A stretch of DNA of 64,000 nt from a virus. A model generated the notes under the pieces. That model was not told the origin of the DNA and made no database searches. It saw nothing but the letters and a program-made list of their open reading frames with translations. Location of the stretch: the IMG/VR virus record IMGVR_UViG_3300029922_000014, positions 32,001 to 96,000 of that record. One strand, given 5' to 3'. Shown one piece after another: positions 37,104-46,432 of this stretch (position 1 is the stretch's first letter; each line of letters opens with the position of its first letter). The translations under genes and the position numbers were made by a program.

Positions 37104-37751
37104 TTACGCGTTATGCGCAAATTGGCGCATCCGCTGAGGAAGTGGCAAAATGCTGTACACGGGAGCGGATAGCGCGCGTGCCCGTTCCGTATTTCCAGCC
37201 AGTTCCTTCAGTAGGCGATACGAAAGCCGGCGACCGGGCATAGGCTGTGCCGCACGTCCATCCGACCGGGCGGCACGGTAATTCATGATCTGCGCAGGGA
37301 TGGACTGGCACGCTTGTTCCAACTGATCAAAAGGAACCACCAAAATCTCTTCGACGTTTCGCGCCAGTTCATCGCGGAGAACATGCAGGCTGTGACACTT
37401 CGCCGCTTCGACATTGTGGATCCAGAAGACGTAGTGCAGCGTGCCTTTGGTATAATTCACGAGGTCGCGGTCGTGGGCGAGACGATTGGAATAGATCAAA
37501 CTTTGCCGACTTAGTCCAACCGATTTCACTTCGAGATACTGGCCTTTTCCGAGGCTCAAGTCAGGGCAGATGTCCGCAGTGCTGTCAATGACGTGGCGGT
37601 CGGCTTGAAAGAGGTTGCAGGTCGCCTCCTCGTAAAACGCACCGCAATGCACGCGCGTCTGCGCCATACAGCGGAATGTGCGATCGTAGTATTCGCGCGG
37701 GAGAAATGATTGCTGGACATCTTTCGGTGGGAGGATCGCAGATATTTTCAC
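37104..37751 (-). CDS. PD-(D/E)XK nuclease-like protein
   Basis: GAFYEE...CPDL......LEVKS. Confidence 0.6.
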   Translation of the reverse strand: MKISAILPPKDVQQSFLPREYYDRTFRCMAQTRVHCGAFYEEATCNLFQADRHVIDSTADICPDLSLGKGQYLEVKSVGLSRQSLIYSNRLAHDRDLVNYTKGTLHYVFWIHNVEAAKCHSLHVLRDELARNVEEILVVPFDQLEQACQSIPAQIMNYRAARSDGRAAQPMPGRRLSYRLLKELAGNTERARALSAPVYSILPLPQRMRQFAHNA

Positions 37752-38143
37752 GCGTGCACCGTTGCCAAGGAGTCTGCGGTCTCATCTTCTTTCCAAAGCA
37801 TACGCGCCTCTTCGAGCAGTTCAGCGGCAAATGTCGAAGCAGAAGAATCGCCGCGGCTGAGTTTATCCAAACACTCCTGAATCCGCTTCCGGCTGACCTT
37901 GGTGTCAAAACTCTGCTTGTGTGGGCTCTGTTTGGCAGTGGAGCGATAGCGAGAACAGAGCTTCTGGTACCAATCAGGATTTTGCGAATTGACCACGCGG
38001 ATGCCGCAAGGTCCGCGTTCACGCGGAGCGGTGGCAACCACAACTTCCAACCGATTCCTCCGCAAATCATCTGCGAGGAGTTTGACGTACCGGCGCAGGG
38101 CAGGCGGACAGGTAGTCGTCGGTGTCACAGGCCGCGGATCCAC
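37748..38143 (-). CDS. hypothetical protein
   Basis: Coupled ORF. Confidence 0.5.
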   Translation of the reverse strand: MDPRPVTPTTTCPPALRRYVKLLADDLRRNRLEVVVATAPRERGPCGIRVVNSQNPDWYQKLCSRYRSTAKQSPHKQSFDTKVSRKRIQECLDKLSRGDSSASTFAAELLEEARMLWKEDETADSLATVHA

Positions 38144-38295
38144 AACCCGATGGCGTCAAGTTCATCAACGAGGTCAGATGCCCAGCGAGTGAACTTCGGT
38201 TCGTCGAGCATCCCTGTCACGGCGCCGAGAATGACGAAGAACGGGATGATCGGGATGAGGAAGATCCAGTAAGCGACGCGGCGAAGAATGCGCAT
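38125..38295 (-). CDS. small membrane protein
   Basis: GGAGG RBS; one hydrophobic segment. Confidence 0.5.
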   Translation of the reverse strand: MRILRRVAYWIFLIPIIPFFVILGAVTGMLDEPKFTRWASDLVDELDAIGLWIRGL

Positions 38296-38350
38296 ATGGT
38301 CCTCCGCGAAAAACATCGCGTCATGCAAGATTATGTCAAGCGCATTGAAT

Positions 38351-38363
38351 TGACACGATGTCA
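38351..38363. repeat. dispersed palindrome (intergenic)
   Basis: atTGACACGATGTCAat. Confidence 0.9.
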
Positions 38364-38364
38364 A

Positions 38365-38673
38365 TCAGGCAAAGTCACACGGGTCTTTGATCCGTAGGTG
38401 GTCGCAGGCGCGCTTGGCCACCTCGTATTCCGGCGTCTCTTGAATCTCTTCCCGCGCCAGATCCTTCGGGAAATGTTTGATGATCATCAAAATCGCGGCG
38501 TACAGCATCTCTTCGGCGGATTCACATCGCTTCGCCGCGTCGATGATACGTTGCTGTTTGTCGGAAACGTGCGACTCCAACGCGGACGTGTCCGAGTCGT
38601 GCGGCGGGGTGGGGGGTGACATTGGTGGCTTCCCCTTCTTGATGTGCTTGACGTTTTTCGTGCGTGGACGCAT
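38365..38673 (-). CDS. hypothetical protein
   Basis: GGAGG RBS before MRPRTK. Confidence 0.5.
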   Translation of the reverse strand: MRPRTKNVKHIKKGKPPMSPPTPPHDSDTSALESHVSDKQQRIIDAAKRCESAEEMLYAAILMIIKHFPKDLAREEIQETPEYEVAKRACDHLRIKDPCDFA

Positions 38674-38830
38674 GGCTGCCTCCGACATCCAAAACGTAGT
38701 TGATGAATCGGGAGTGTGAAGCGACGCAGACGAAAGGTTCAAGCACCAATCACCAAAACACCCTGGTCGTTTGTCAATAGCGTACGTAGCATGCAGGAAC
38801 TCGAACAAACCGCACACGCAGGAGATTCCC

Positions 38831-40144
38831 ATGGCCGACCGCGCTAACGATCAGACCTTGAAGGATACGATTCGAGTGTACGAAAAATGTGGCTGCAATG
38901 CCAGCGCGGCTTCGCAAAAACTGAACCTTGCGGTATCCGCCGTGCAGAAGCGAATCAACACCGCCATACGTCGCGGGCTGTACGTCAAAGAGATAAGGCC
39001 CAAATGGTCGGCCGAAGATATTGCCGATGCCAAGGAACTGATCGAAGTTTGGAAAGCGCACCACCACCGTGACACCGCAACCGCGCAAGCGATGCACATG
39101 GATCGTAGCACCTTCCGCGGACGTCGCGACAAGGCGCTCAGGATCCTCGGATTGGAAAAGGCGGCGCTGGTTCCTTCCGTAGTGCCTGAAGGCATGCGCA
39201 TGGGCAAGACGACCGTGCAGCTTGGACCTGACGGTACGGTGCTCCAGGAATGGCGCCGGTTGCATCCGGAGATTGAAACCCTTCAAGCGGTGGCTGATGC
39301 CCTCGTGAAGATCGTAGATGGCAAGAGTCCAAAACTTCCCAGGCCCATCAATGAACCGACAACCGATCTTCTTCTTGAGATTCCGTTCTTCGATTCGCAC
39401 GCTGGCAAATACGCCTGGGCTTCCGAGACCGGAGGAGACGACTTCGATCTCAAAATATTCGAGAAGCTGATGACGGGTACGGTTGCCAACATGATCGCGG
39501 AAGCGGGTGAGTTCGGAAAAGCCCTGTTGGTGATCGGTGGAGACTTTTTCCACGCTGATTCGCGCGTTGCACAAACGCCTCAAAGCCACCATGCGCTTGA
39601 TGTCGATTCCAGGTTTTTCAAGGTTTGGGAGGTTGCCACAAGATCCCTCCACACGTGCATCGCCATGCTCTCTGCAAAGTGCGCCAAAGTGCAGGTAGTA
39701 ACGTTGCCGGGAAACCACGACCACGAAAGCGCATTTGCGCTCATGCGGGTCCTTTCGGCGTACTATCACAATGAACCGCAAGTCGAGGTCGTGCACAATC
39801 CGAGAACCAGACAATACATCCGCCACGGAACCTGCCTCCTCGGATTTATCCACGGTGAAATTATCAAGATGAAGGACTTGCCGTCGCTCATGGCATTCGA
39901 GAACAAAAAGGATTGGGCAGAAACCACGGAGCGCGCTTGGCACATGGGGCATGTGCACAAGATGGTTATCGGTGACACGCTCCACGGGGTGACCATGGAG
40001 CACTTGGAATCGTTCACGTCAACGGATGCGTGGCATGCAGAGCACGGCTATGTCGGCAGCCCCAGGCGCACCACCGGGTTCCTCTGGAGCGCCAAGTGGG
40101 GTCTCAAGAAGCGGATCTATGTGCGCGTTGAAGAGTTCGTCTGA
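38831..40144 (+). CDS. calcineurin-like metallophosphoesterase with N-terminal HTH regions
   Basis: DSHAGKYAW, GGDFFH, PGNHD, HGE, GHVH; AGGAG RBS. Confidence 0.85.
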   Translation: MADRANDQTLKDTIRVYEKCGCNASAASQKLNLAVSAVQKRINTAIRRGLYVKEIRPKWSAEDIADAKELIEVWKAHHHRDTATAQAMHMDRSTFRGRRDKALRILGLEKAALVPSVVPEGMRMGKTTVQLGPDGTVLQEWRRLHPEIETLQAVADALVKIVDGKSPKLPRPINEPTTDLLLEIPFFDSHAGKYAWASETGGDDFDLKIFEKLMTGTVANMIAEAGEFGKALLVIGGDFFHADSRVAQTPQSHHALDVDSRFFKVWEVATRSLHTCIAMLSAKCAKVQVVTLPGNHDHESAFALMRVLSAYYHNEPQVEVVHNPRTRQYIRHGTCLLGFIHGEIIKMKDLPSLMAFENKKDWAETTERAWHMGHVHKMVIGDTLHGVTMEHLESFTSTDAWHAEHGYVGSPRRTTGFLWSAKWGLKKRIYVRVEEFV

Positions 40145-40149
40145 GGTAG

Positions 40150-40548
40150 TCAGGCCGCGTTCACGTGCGCGCGGGTGTCGGTCAGCTTGTACAGCGCTTT
40201 GCAGCCGGTACAGGTGGCCAGTCCTTCGGCGCCGACGGTGAAGGTAGTGCTGTCACAACTTGGAGCAGGACAGGAGAGCGGATTGCGGGAACGGATCGCC
40301 GTTCCTTTGACGCAGACGGGATACGCCCGGCCGCCGACGGTGAGGAGATGGGTCGTTTGCATGGTAACGTCCTTGCGGGTCGCATTGGTTATTTCAGCCA
40401 GTTCATAGGCGAGTTTGGCGTCGCTGAGTTTGATCATGGCGGGGTGGTGACGGTCAACGGTGCCGGCGTGGCTGGCAATGGCACCAACGGCGCGGGCAGC
40501 CTCGAAGAGGTCGCTGGCGAGCTTGCGGATGGTGGCTTCGTCGATCAT
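40150..40548 (-). CDS. hypothetical Zn-ribbon protein
   Basis: CPAPSC...CTGC; ATGA coupling. Confidence 0.5.
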   Translation of the reverse strand: MIDEATIRKLASDLFEAARAVGAIASHAGTVDRHHPAMIKLSDAKLAYELAEITNATRKDVTMQTTHLLTVGGRAYPVCVKGTAIRSRNPLSCPAPSCDSTTFTVGAEGLATCTGCKALYKLTDTRAHVNAA

Positions 40549-41003
40549 TTCAATCTCTTACGCAGGCTGATGGACGCGGATTGGACGATCTCGGATTCAA
40601 CATCGCCTGCCATAGACCCGCCGGGATCGCGGTTGTAGTTGATCGTGAATCCGAGCGCTTGAACACGCTTCCAGGCATCTGCCAAAATGGCACGGGCGGT
40701 GATCTCCGGAGACGTGAAGTCGTAAATAAGCGCAACGCTCGCGTCGGCATTCATGAGGTGCCAGCGGTTTCCGTTATTGTCAGATTCCACGACATACCCC
40801 TTGAACGTCGCGTAACTTGGTTCTTTGCCGCCTTCCCGAAGGAGTGAGTACCCGTTGGACGTAACGCAGTCAACGGAGGCAGGAGCACGGAGACGTGGGA
40901 ACTTATCACTCAGCGCGTCGACGCGAATCAGACGCTCATTCTTCGCCTTGGCTTCTTCCAGGCGACGGCGGAAGGCTGCGATGGTGGAACGGATCATGGT
41001 CAT
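40545..41003 (-). CDS. hypothetical protein carrying the INYNRDPGGSM module
   Basis: ATGA coupling on both sides. Confidence 0.55.
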   Translation of the reverse strand: MTMIRSTIAAFRRRLEEAKAKNERLIRVDALSDKFPRLRAPASVDCVTSNGYSLLREGGKEPSYATFKGYVVESDNNGNRWHLMNADASVALIYDFTSPEITARAILADAWKRVQALGFTINYNRDPGGSMAGDVESEIVQSASISLRKRLK

Positions 41004-41209
41004 AAGATGAGCCCGGCGCTGGCCGCGTAGCGGGTGAGCCCGGCGGTGTTGTGCAGGTCGAGCTTCTGCATCAGGTGTTCGCGGTGCTTTTCCACCGTCT
41101 TGACGCTCATGCCAAACATCTCTGCGATCTCTTGCTTGGTCGCACCGTCGGCGGTCATGATCAAGACTTGGCGCTCGCGTTTGGTCAGGTAAGGGCGGGT
41201 CGTGGGCAT
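41000..41209 (-). CDS. stand-alone LuxR/NarL-type HTH protein
   Basis: LTKRERQVL...ADG.T..EIAE.FGMSVKTVEKHREHLMQKLDLHNTAGLTRYA. Confidence 0.9.
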   Translation of the reverse strand: MPTTRPYLTKRERQVLIMTADGATKQEIAEMFGMSVKTVEKHREHLMQKLDLHNTAGLTRYAASAGLIL

Positions 41210-41216
41210 GGCCTTC

Positions 41217-41268
41217 GTTATGCACCCCGGAAGAGGCATGCAAGCGGTTTTTCGCATGACGCGGTAAA
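41217..41268 (-). promoter_or_regulatory. degenerate promoter TTGCAT-N15-CATAAC (ATG 7 nt downstream) plus CGCATGACGCG box
   Basis: Same geometry as the other N15 promoters, with weaker hexamers. Confidence 0.45.
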
Positions 41269-41294
41269 CAGCGCAACACCCACAACATGCCAAC

Positions 41295-41307
41295 TGACAC
41301 GATGTCA
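41295..41307. repeat. dispersed palindrome (intergenic)
   Basis: acTGACACGATGTCAat. Confidence 0.9.
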
Positions 41308-41312
41308 ATCGA

Positions 41313-41564
41313 CTACGTGATCCTGAACTCGGGCGGGATCTCCCGCATTGATGAGCAAATGGACTGGTTGCAGTGGTGAACGAGGCAGCGCCGACAGAAC
41401 GCCGCGCCGCAGTCAAAGCAGCGGTACATCATCGTCAGCGGGATCGTCTGTCGGCATCCAACGGCCGGACCGCCCCATGACGCTGGAAGAGGCGTGCCGC
41501 ATTCAAACGACTGCCCCTCGGGTCCGGGGATGACATGAACAGAACAATCGCGGATGTCGGGCAT
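41313..41564 (-). CDS. Zn-finger protein
   Basis: YRCFDCGAAFCRRCLVHHC. Confidence 0.55.
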   Translation of the reverse strand: MPDIRDCSVHVIPGPEGQSFECGTPLPASWGGPAVGCRQTIPLTMMYRCFDCGAAFCRRCLVHHCNQSICSSMREIPPEFRIT

Positions 41565-41568
41565 GTAG

Positions 41569-41898
41569 TTACAGCAGGTGAATGATCATGTCGGACCCTG
41601 CCCGCTGATGAGCGACGCTGCGACCGGTAATCGACAAGTCGCGCAGCTTGCCATCGGGACCGATCTCGAAAACGACCAGACCGCGGTCGTTCGTGCGCTG
41701 AATGTCAATGCCGCCGTCTTCTTCGACATCGAAGTCGACAAAGCCTTCAGGGAGCATGCGCAGAAGAGCGTCGGCAGCAGCACGCGCAGGGCTGTGTTCA
41801 CGAATACGATCACAGCACGCACATTGGATGCGCCCATCCGCGAGGATCCTGTGTTCCGTCGTACGGTCGCACGTCTTGCATGTTCCTGTAGTAGTCAC
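41569..41898 (-). CDS. hypothetical Zn-ribbon protein
   Basis: CKTC...CACC; GTGA coupling. Confidence 0.5.
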   Translation of the reverse strand: MTTTGTCKTCDRTTEHRILADGRIQCACCDRIREHSPARAAADALLRMLPEGFVDFDVEEDGGIDIQRTNDRGLVVFEIGPDGKLRDLSITGRSVAHQRAGSDMIIHLL

Positions 41899-42542
41899 GC
41901 GGTTTCCTTCTTGACGTCCAGATAGGCATGCGCTTCGACCCATGGTTTGCCGGGCGGATGGAACCCCCACGGCCGGCGAAACGCGCCCATCTGCACGATC
42001 GACACCGTACCCGGCTCGACGTTTTTGACAGCGTGCAGGTCTTCCGCCTTGTGGATGATCCTGTCTCCCGCGCAGTGGTCCTTGAAGATCGTCGTCAGCG
42101 GGCCGCGAATGATGATCGGTTCAATGACACGCTGTTCTCCGGTATGGTGGTTTACGCTTATCCGCTGCGAATTGTAGTCGCGTCCCCGCTGCGGCCAGTC
42201 GAGCGCAGGAAGCTCCTCGCTGTACATGCCTTCGAGGAGATAGCTGACAAAGTCGCACGGATGATCGTGCAAGGCATCATCGTCATCACCCCTGGCGAAG
42301 AAATGCAGCACCGTCGCGAGATGAACGCTGTGAAGATCAGAGTCACCTGGGGCTTTCGGAGTGAGCCAGCAGCGCAGCAGGTACGGCGTGTCGGAGGTGC
42401 GCCCGGTGAAGATGCGCCAACGCCCACCGTAAACGGCAGCAAACGCGGCTTGTTCCCACCACAGCCCATGTGGCGACTGCTGTTTCTTCCTCGCGAGGTG
42501 CGCCGCGTTATGGATCAGTTCGCAGGCTTGTTCAGTGCTCAT
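41895..42542 (-). CDS. cupin-like protein
   Basis: PYLLR.W, LHFFARGDDD.ALHDHP, S.LLEG.YSE, HAV, RRPWGFH. Confidence 0.65.
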   Translation of the reverse strand: MSTEQACELIHNAAHLARKKQQSPHGLWWEQAAFAAVYGGRWRIFTGRTSDTPYLLRCWLTPKAPGDSDLHSVHLATVLHFFARGDDDDALHDHPCDFVSYLLEGMYSEELPALDWPQRGRDYNSQRISVNHHTGEQRVIEPIIIRGPLTTIFKDHCAGDRIIHKAEDLHAVKNVEPGTVSIVQMGAFRRPWGFHPPGKPWVEAHAYLDVKKETA

Positions 42543-42823
42543 GACCGTTCACCGCGATCAAAGAAGTGCCACACAAATTGCCCGTGGTCGGTTTGGATGG
42601 TAGTAAGATAGAGGCGGATATTTGCATCGGGATCCGGAACCTGCATGCCCGTACCAAAGCATTCGATGATACGACGAACTGGCTTGGCGTGCGGATCAAT
42701 CAGCGCCCACAAAAACAGCCGATTGTGTTGATGCTGGATGCTCAATATTTTCGCCCCTGGCGACAACGGAATCTCTTGAACATCCGCTATCTCAACGGAA
42801 AACTTGTGAATGGTCAAGGACAT
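42539..42823 (-). CDS. small conserved phage protein (IHKF...GAKILS.Q.Q...LWALID...GTG type)
   Basis: Recognisable motif pattern. Confidence 0.6.
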   Translation of the reverse strand: MSLTIHKFSVEIADVQEIPLSPGAKILSIQHQHNRLFLWALIDPHAKPVRRIIECFGTGMQVPDPDANIRLYLTTIQTDHGQFVWHFFDRGERS

Positions 42824-43008
42824 GGTTCCGACTCCGTAGTAGGGTTCTTGCGCTCTTTGTCGAGGGCATCGAGACATTTGCGCAGGCGCTTGATGGCCTT
42901 CAGCGGGGTTTCATCCACGGCGCGCAGGATAACCATCCCGGTCCTGGTTTTCACTTCGACAGCGTTGCCGGCGACGCCGACCTTGAGGAATGGATCGTTG
43001 ATGATCAT
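42814..43008 (-). CDS. hypothetical protein
   Basis: ATGA coupling. Confidence 0.45.
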   Translation of the reverse strand: MIINDPFLKVGVAGNAVEVKTRTGMVILRAVDETPLKAIKRLRKCLDALDKERKNPTTESEPCP

Positions 43009-43565
43009 TGCGCACGCGGCGATTTCATGGAGGAAACGGACCGCGCGGCGATACTCTGACGATAGCGCGCTTCGATGATGACAGCCTCTTCCTGACCGAA
43101 CTCGTTGGCAAGGTCGTGGTATGCCGCACGCCCTGGACACTCCCATACGAGATCATTGTCGCTTTGTAGTGCGCTCGCCCTTTTTGGCGTCTGGTGCAAG
43201 AACTCCCGGGCCATTTCCCAAATGGTGTTGTATACCGCCTCTGCCATTTCCGCAGGGAGCGGGTCTGCCCGCAGATACGCGGTACAAATCTGCCAGAGTT
43301 CATCCGACGTGATGCCCCGGCGCCCCTCTTCGATCTCAACCAGAATCGGGAAGGACCAGCCAAGCTGATGCGCTGCCTGCGTAGTGGTCAATCCGCACTT
43401 CTCGCGAAGGTCGCGCAGCTTCATTCCGATCGCCTGCCAGTCGATTGTCTTCGACGGCGCGTCGCGCTTTACCCTGCGGTTCACGAGGTATGCGACGGTA
43501 GCACCACACGAATAGAGCACTGCCAAAACAGCAGCCAAAAACACGATGGCGGCAATGATTGACAT
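43005..43565 (-). CDS. XRE-family HTH protein with N-terminal transmembrane segment
   Basis: IGMKLRDLREKCGLT..QAA..LG......EIEEGRR; start codon inside a palindrome copy. Confidence 0.7.
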   Translation of the reverse strand: MSIIAAIVFLAAVLAVLYSCGATVAYLVNRRVKRDAPSKTIDWQAIGMKLRDLREKCGLTTTQAAHQLGWSFPILVEIEEGRRGITSDELWQICTAYLRADPLPAEMAEAVYNTIWEMAREFLHQTPKRASALQSDNDLVWECPGRAAYHDLANEFGQEEAVIIEARYRQSIAARSVSSMKSPRAQ

Positions 43566-43572
43566 CGTGTCA
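43560..43572. repeat. dispersed palindrome (supplies a stop and a start codon)
   Basis: atTGACATCGTGTCAgt. Confidence 0.9.
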
Positions 43573-43911
43573 GTCCTGACGGGGGTCGCGGATGGCGCGG
43601 TTCGGCAGCTTGCGGATACGCTCACGCTCGACGTAGTCGTCGATCAGGCCCCAGGCAGCATCTTCGGTTTCGGCCGCAGGGAAGCCGGTGGCAAAACCTT
43701 CAAGGCAGGTCTCTTCCAGGTGAACCCAGACCGGCCACCACCAGTTCCACTTCTCAGGAACGAAGAGCTTTTCGCTTTGGACGTGGACGACGCGGTATTT
43801 CGTGCGCCTGGACGAACCGCCGCAGGTTTCCGATCCGATCAGGATCCACAGGAGCCAGATCGGGCCGAGGATGATGAGAGCCAGCAGCACGATGTCGGTA
43901 GCCGGATTCAT
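43570..43911 (-). CDS. membrane-anchored hypothetical protein
   Basis: N-terminal TM; its stop codon is the palindrome TGA. Confidence 0.55.
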   Translation of the reverse strand: MNPATDIVLLALIILGPIWLLWILIGSETCGGSSRRTKYRVVHVQSEKLFVPEKWNWWWPVWVHLEETCLEGFATGFPAAETEDAAWGLIDDYVERERIRKLPNRAIRDPRQD

Positions 43912-44156
43912 GTGGGTTCCGCAGTCATAAAAGCGGGCAAGTTGGCGCTGATGTGCGCCAGATAGCGCGGGTGGATGAGCAGATGCGCGGTTCCGCCAGA
44001 CGGTTCGACGCTGGTAATGCGGCCAACGACAAACCCATCGCGCGTGAGCACGTCGCCTGCCATCGCCGCGTATCCGCCAGCATCAGGGTCCCACGGTGTG
44101 ACGTTCATCCGCGCCTTCACCCAGGACTTTTCTTCGTAGGCGACACCGGAGTTCAT
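43908..44156 (-). CDS. hypothetical protein
   Basis: ATGA coupling. Confidence 0.5.
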   Translation of the reverse strand: MNSGVAYEEKSWVKARMNVTPWDPDAGGYAAMAGDVLTRDGFVVGRITSVEPSGGTAHLLIHPRYLAHISANLPAFMTAEPT

Positions 44157-45124
44157 TGCGGCAGTTCCCAGCCCAGACCGAGGCATTGCGCGCAGGACGG
44201 ATGCCCAGGCGGTCCGAATATCGCGTTGTGGTGCCCGGTGCCCTTACAGTGGCGGCAATCGACCGGCGGCGCCTGGGGCAGTTCCATCCACACGGCGTCC
44301 TTGTCCACCTCGACACCGATGACGGCCCCGCTGCACCAGACGCCGCGATTGTTTCCGCCGGTAAGGTAACGCATCACCTGCCATGAACTGTCCCGCCACA
44401 TAAACACGTTGCGTCCAGTGTCAGGAACGGTGAGCGAAACGGGATAGAGCGAAGCGCGCATGGTCGCACGTAGCGCCTTGCGCGTTCCCTCAAAGGTCGC
44501 CATGGTCCCGCCCGCTGCGATCTCCACGGGCTTGAGCGCAGGAACTGTCGGGAGAGCATCCGAGGCTTCTTCCGACGAGGTGCGGTGATTGAAGCGCGCC
44601 ACCGCCCCCGGCGCAGGCGGCAGGCACGGACCGTCGTGATGAAGATCACGGACGCAATGTGGACAACGTGCAGGCGTAGTGGGTTCGGCGGCCGGGTCCT
44701 GATCACTGCCCTTGACGACGGAGTAACCGTCACCGACATCACGCCATTCCGGCGCCGGGGAGGCCGCTGGGAGGCTCTTGGCAGGGCTTTCGGGCGTGGG
44801 CGGTACCGGCGGTGAGGGTTTGTCCTCGCGCATGACCTGAACCGCCAATTCGGGGCTCTCCCAGTCCAACCCCAGCTTGATGCAGCGGGCCTTGGTCACG
44901 TAGTAGCCGTCGTTCGGTTCGACCGGCATGATGGAGACGCGGCCGACTTCCTTCTGCACGCGCTCTGTCCACTTACGCTTGGCCTTTTCCGCCTCTTCGC
45001 GCGTGGGAAAGGTCGCAGCGCCGGTGCGGTTTGCAAAGTTGTTCCGGGAGAAGACGGGCTCATTGGACATGGTGCCCAGGAAGATGCCCATGTCGTCGGT
45101 GGTGATCAGAAAGCGTGCGGTCAT
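44153..45124 (-). CDS. mosaic hypothetical protein with C-terminal CxxCxGxG Zn finger
   Basis: CRHCKGTG...CAQCLGLG. Confidence 0.6.
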   Translation of the reverse strand: MTARFLITTDDMGIFLGTMSNEPVFSRNNFANRTGAATFPTREEAEKAKRKWTERVQKEVGRVSIMPVEPNDGYYVTKARCIKLGLDWESPELAVQVMREDKPSPPVPPTPESPAKSLPAASPAPEWRDVGDGYSVVKGSDQDPAAEPTTPARCPHCVRDLHHDGPCLPPAPGAVARFNHRTSSEEASDALPTVPALKPVEIAAGGTMATFEGTRKALRATMRASLYPVSLTVPDTGRNVFMWRDSSWQVMRYLTGGNNRGVWCSGAVIGVEVDKDAVWMELPQAPPVDCRHCKGTGHHNAIFGPPGHPSCAQCLGLGWELPQ

Positions 45125-45798
45125 GGCAGCCCTTCAGGGTACAGCGTGCGTTCGAGGTCGGCGTCTTCGTCTTCTTCCTTGACCGACGGACTGACGTCGA
45201 TGGCAGCTTCGCGCTTTTCGTCGGCGGTCTTGTGCCGCTTCACGAAGTAGAGGTTATCGACTGCCAGCACATCAGGGTGGTCGGTGTTCGACGTGCTCTC
45301 GACATCAAAGCCCAGCGCTTTGATCTCGGCCAGGGCGCGGAGCATGACGTCGCGGGCTTCGGCGTCGTAGTCGCGGATGTGGGGACAGACGATGTCCCAC
45401 TTCAACACACAGCAATCGTACCAGGGACCAAACGTATTGTATTCCATGTCGGTGCCACCGGCACGGTGCAGGCGGTCGATCAAGACGGCGCGATGGGGCG
45501 GACGGACTTCGCGCCAACCCGGCGTGACGATCATTTCAATGTAGTCACTGATCAACGAGTCGCCATTCGACCACGCACACTTGAAGTACAACCGCGCGGA
45601 CTTGTACGAGTAACAGGCATCGCGGCTGTACGCCTCTTTGGTCGCACGCCAATGCACGCCACCGCGAACGATCGCACCCCAGCGCTGTTGCTGGTCACGG
45701 GTAACGCGATTGAGGTCGACGGTGGGCTGTCCTGGAACGGTCGGTAGTTCGGCCATCAGGGCGTTGAGTTGCTGTTTTTTCTCTTCTTCAATGGTCAT
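45121..45798 (-). CDS. hypothetical protein
   Basis: ATGA coupling. Confidence 0.55.
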   Translation of the reverse strand: MTIEEEKKQQLNALMAELPTVPGQPTVDLNRVTRDQQQRWGAIVRGGVHWRATKEAYSRDACYSYKSARLYFKCAWSNGDSLISDYIEMIVTPGWREVRPPHRAVLIDRLHRAGGTDMEYNTFGPWYDCCVLKWDIVCPHIRDYDAEARDVMLRALAEIKALGFDVESTSNTDHPDVLAVDNLYFVKRHKTADEKREAAIDVSPSVKEEDEDADLERTLYPEGLP

Positions 45799-46430
45799 GA
45801 CTTGGTCTTTTCCAGAGCGGTGTTGATGCGTTCTTCGAGCTTGGCTTCGCGGGCGCATTCAAGCGACGCCAGCAACGCCTCACGCAGCAGAGCGATCTTT
45901 TCGGCGTCGGTCACGGCTTCGCCGGAATGGATGTAGTCCATGACGTTGTCGGAAAGTCCGCAGAAGGCGAGCAGCGCCTGACAAGCTGCGACTCCCTCTG
46001 CGGTCATCTTCCGCCGCACCTCCAGCACATTCTCACGCCGCTGCATAAGCATGTGTGAGTTGAAAACGTGTTCCGCTGCACGTGCGTCGAGCACGCAGTG
46101 GATGTACACTTTGCTGTGCGTCCACTTGTACAAGTTGTGCGCGGAAAAGGCGTACCAGATCAGGTCCACGCGCACCATATGTTCAGCAAGGTTCAAAAAC
46201 CATTGTGCTTCACCCGGCACGGTACCGTTGCCGTGAAAGCCCAGGAGCATAGCCACGTGTCCGTATTCAACCTCGACGCTTTCATCGTCGCGTAGTGCGT
46301 TGTCGATCGCATTGACGATCCGGAACCGGCGCTTCTCGGGCAGGTCTGCGCCGCTGGCTGCCATCAGCGCCGCCAGGGGACCGGTGCGAAACTTGACGAT
46401 CTCGTCGTCTGCGATGAAAGGATCAGACAT
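45795..46430 (-). CDS. hypothetical protein
   Basis: Coupled ORF. Confidence 0.55.
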   Translation of the reverse strand: MSDPFIADDEIVKFRTGPLAALMAASGADLPEKRRFRIVNAIDNALRDDESVEVEYGHVAMLLGFHGNGTVPGEAQWFLNLAEHMVRVDLIWYAFSAHNLYKWTHSKVYIHCVLDARAAEHVFNSHMLMQRRENVLEVRRKMTAEGVAACQALLAFCGLSDNVMDYIHSGEAVTDAEKIALLREALLASLECAREAKLEERINTALEKTKS

Positions 46431-46432
46431 GG

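Noticed and set aside
38296-38345. N15 promoters at about 38335, 38770 and 56785
   Set aside because: TTGAC(A/T) is present, but the hexamer at +15 (CGATGT, TTGGTG, AGAATA) does not fit TANNNT, so these were not counted.
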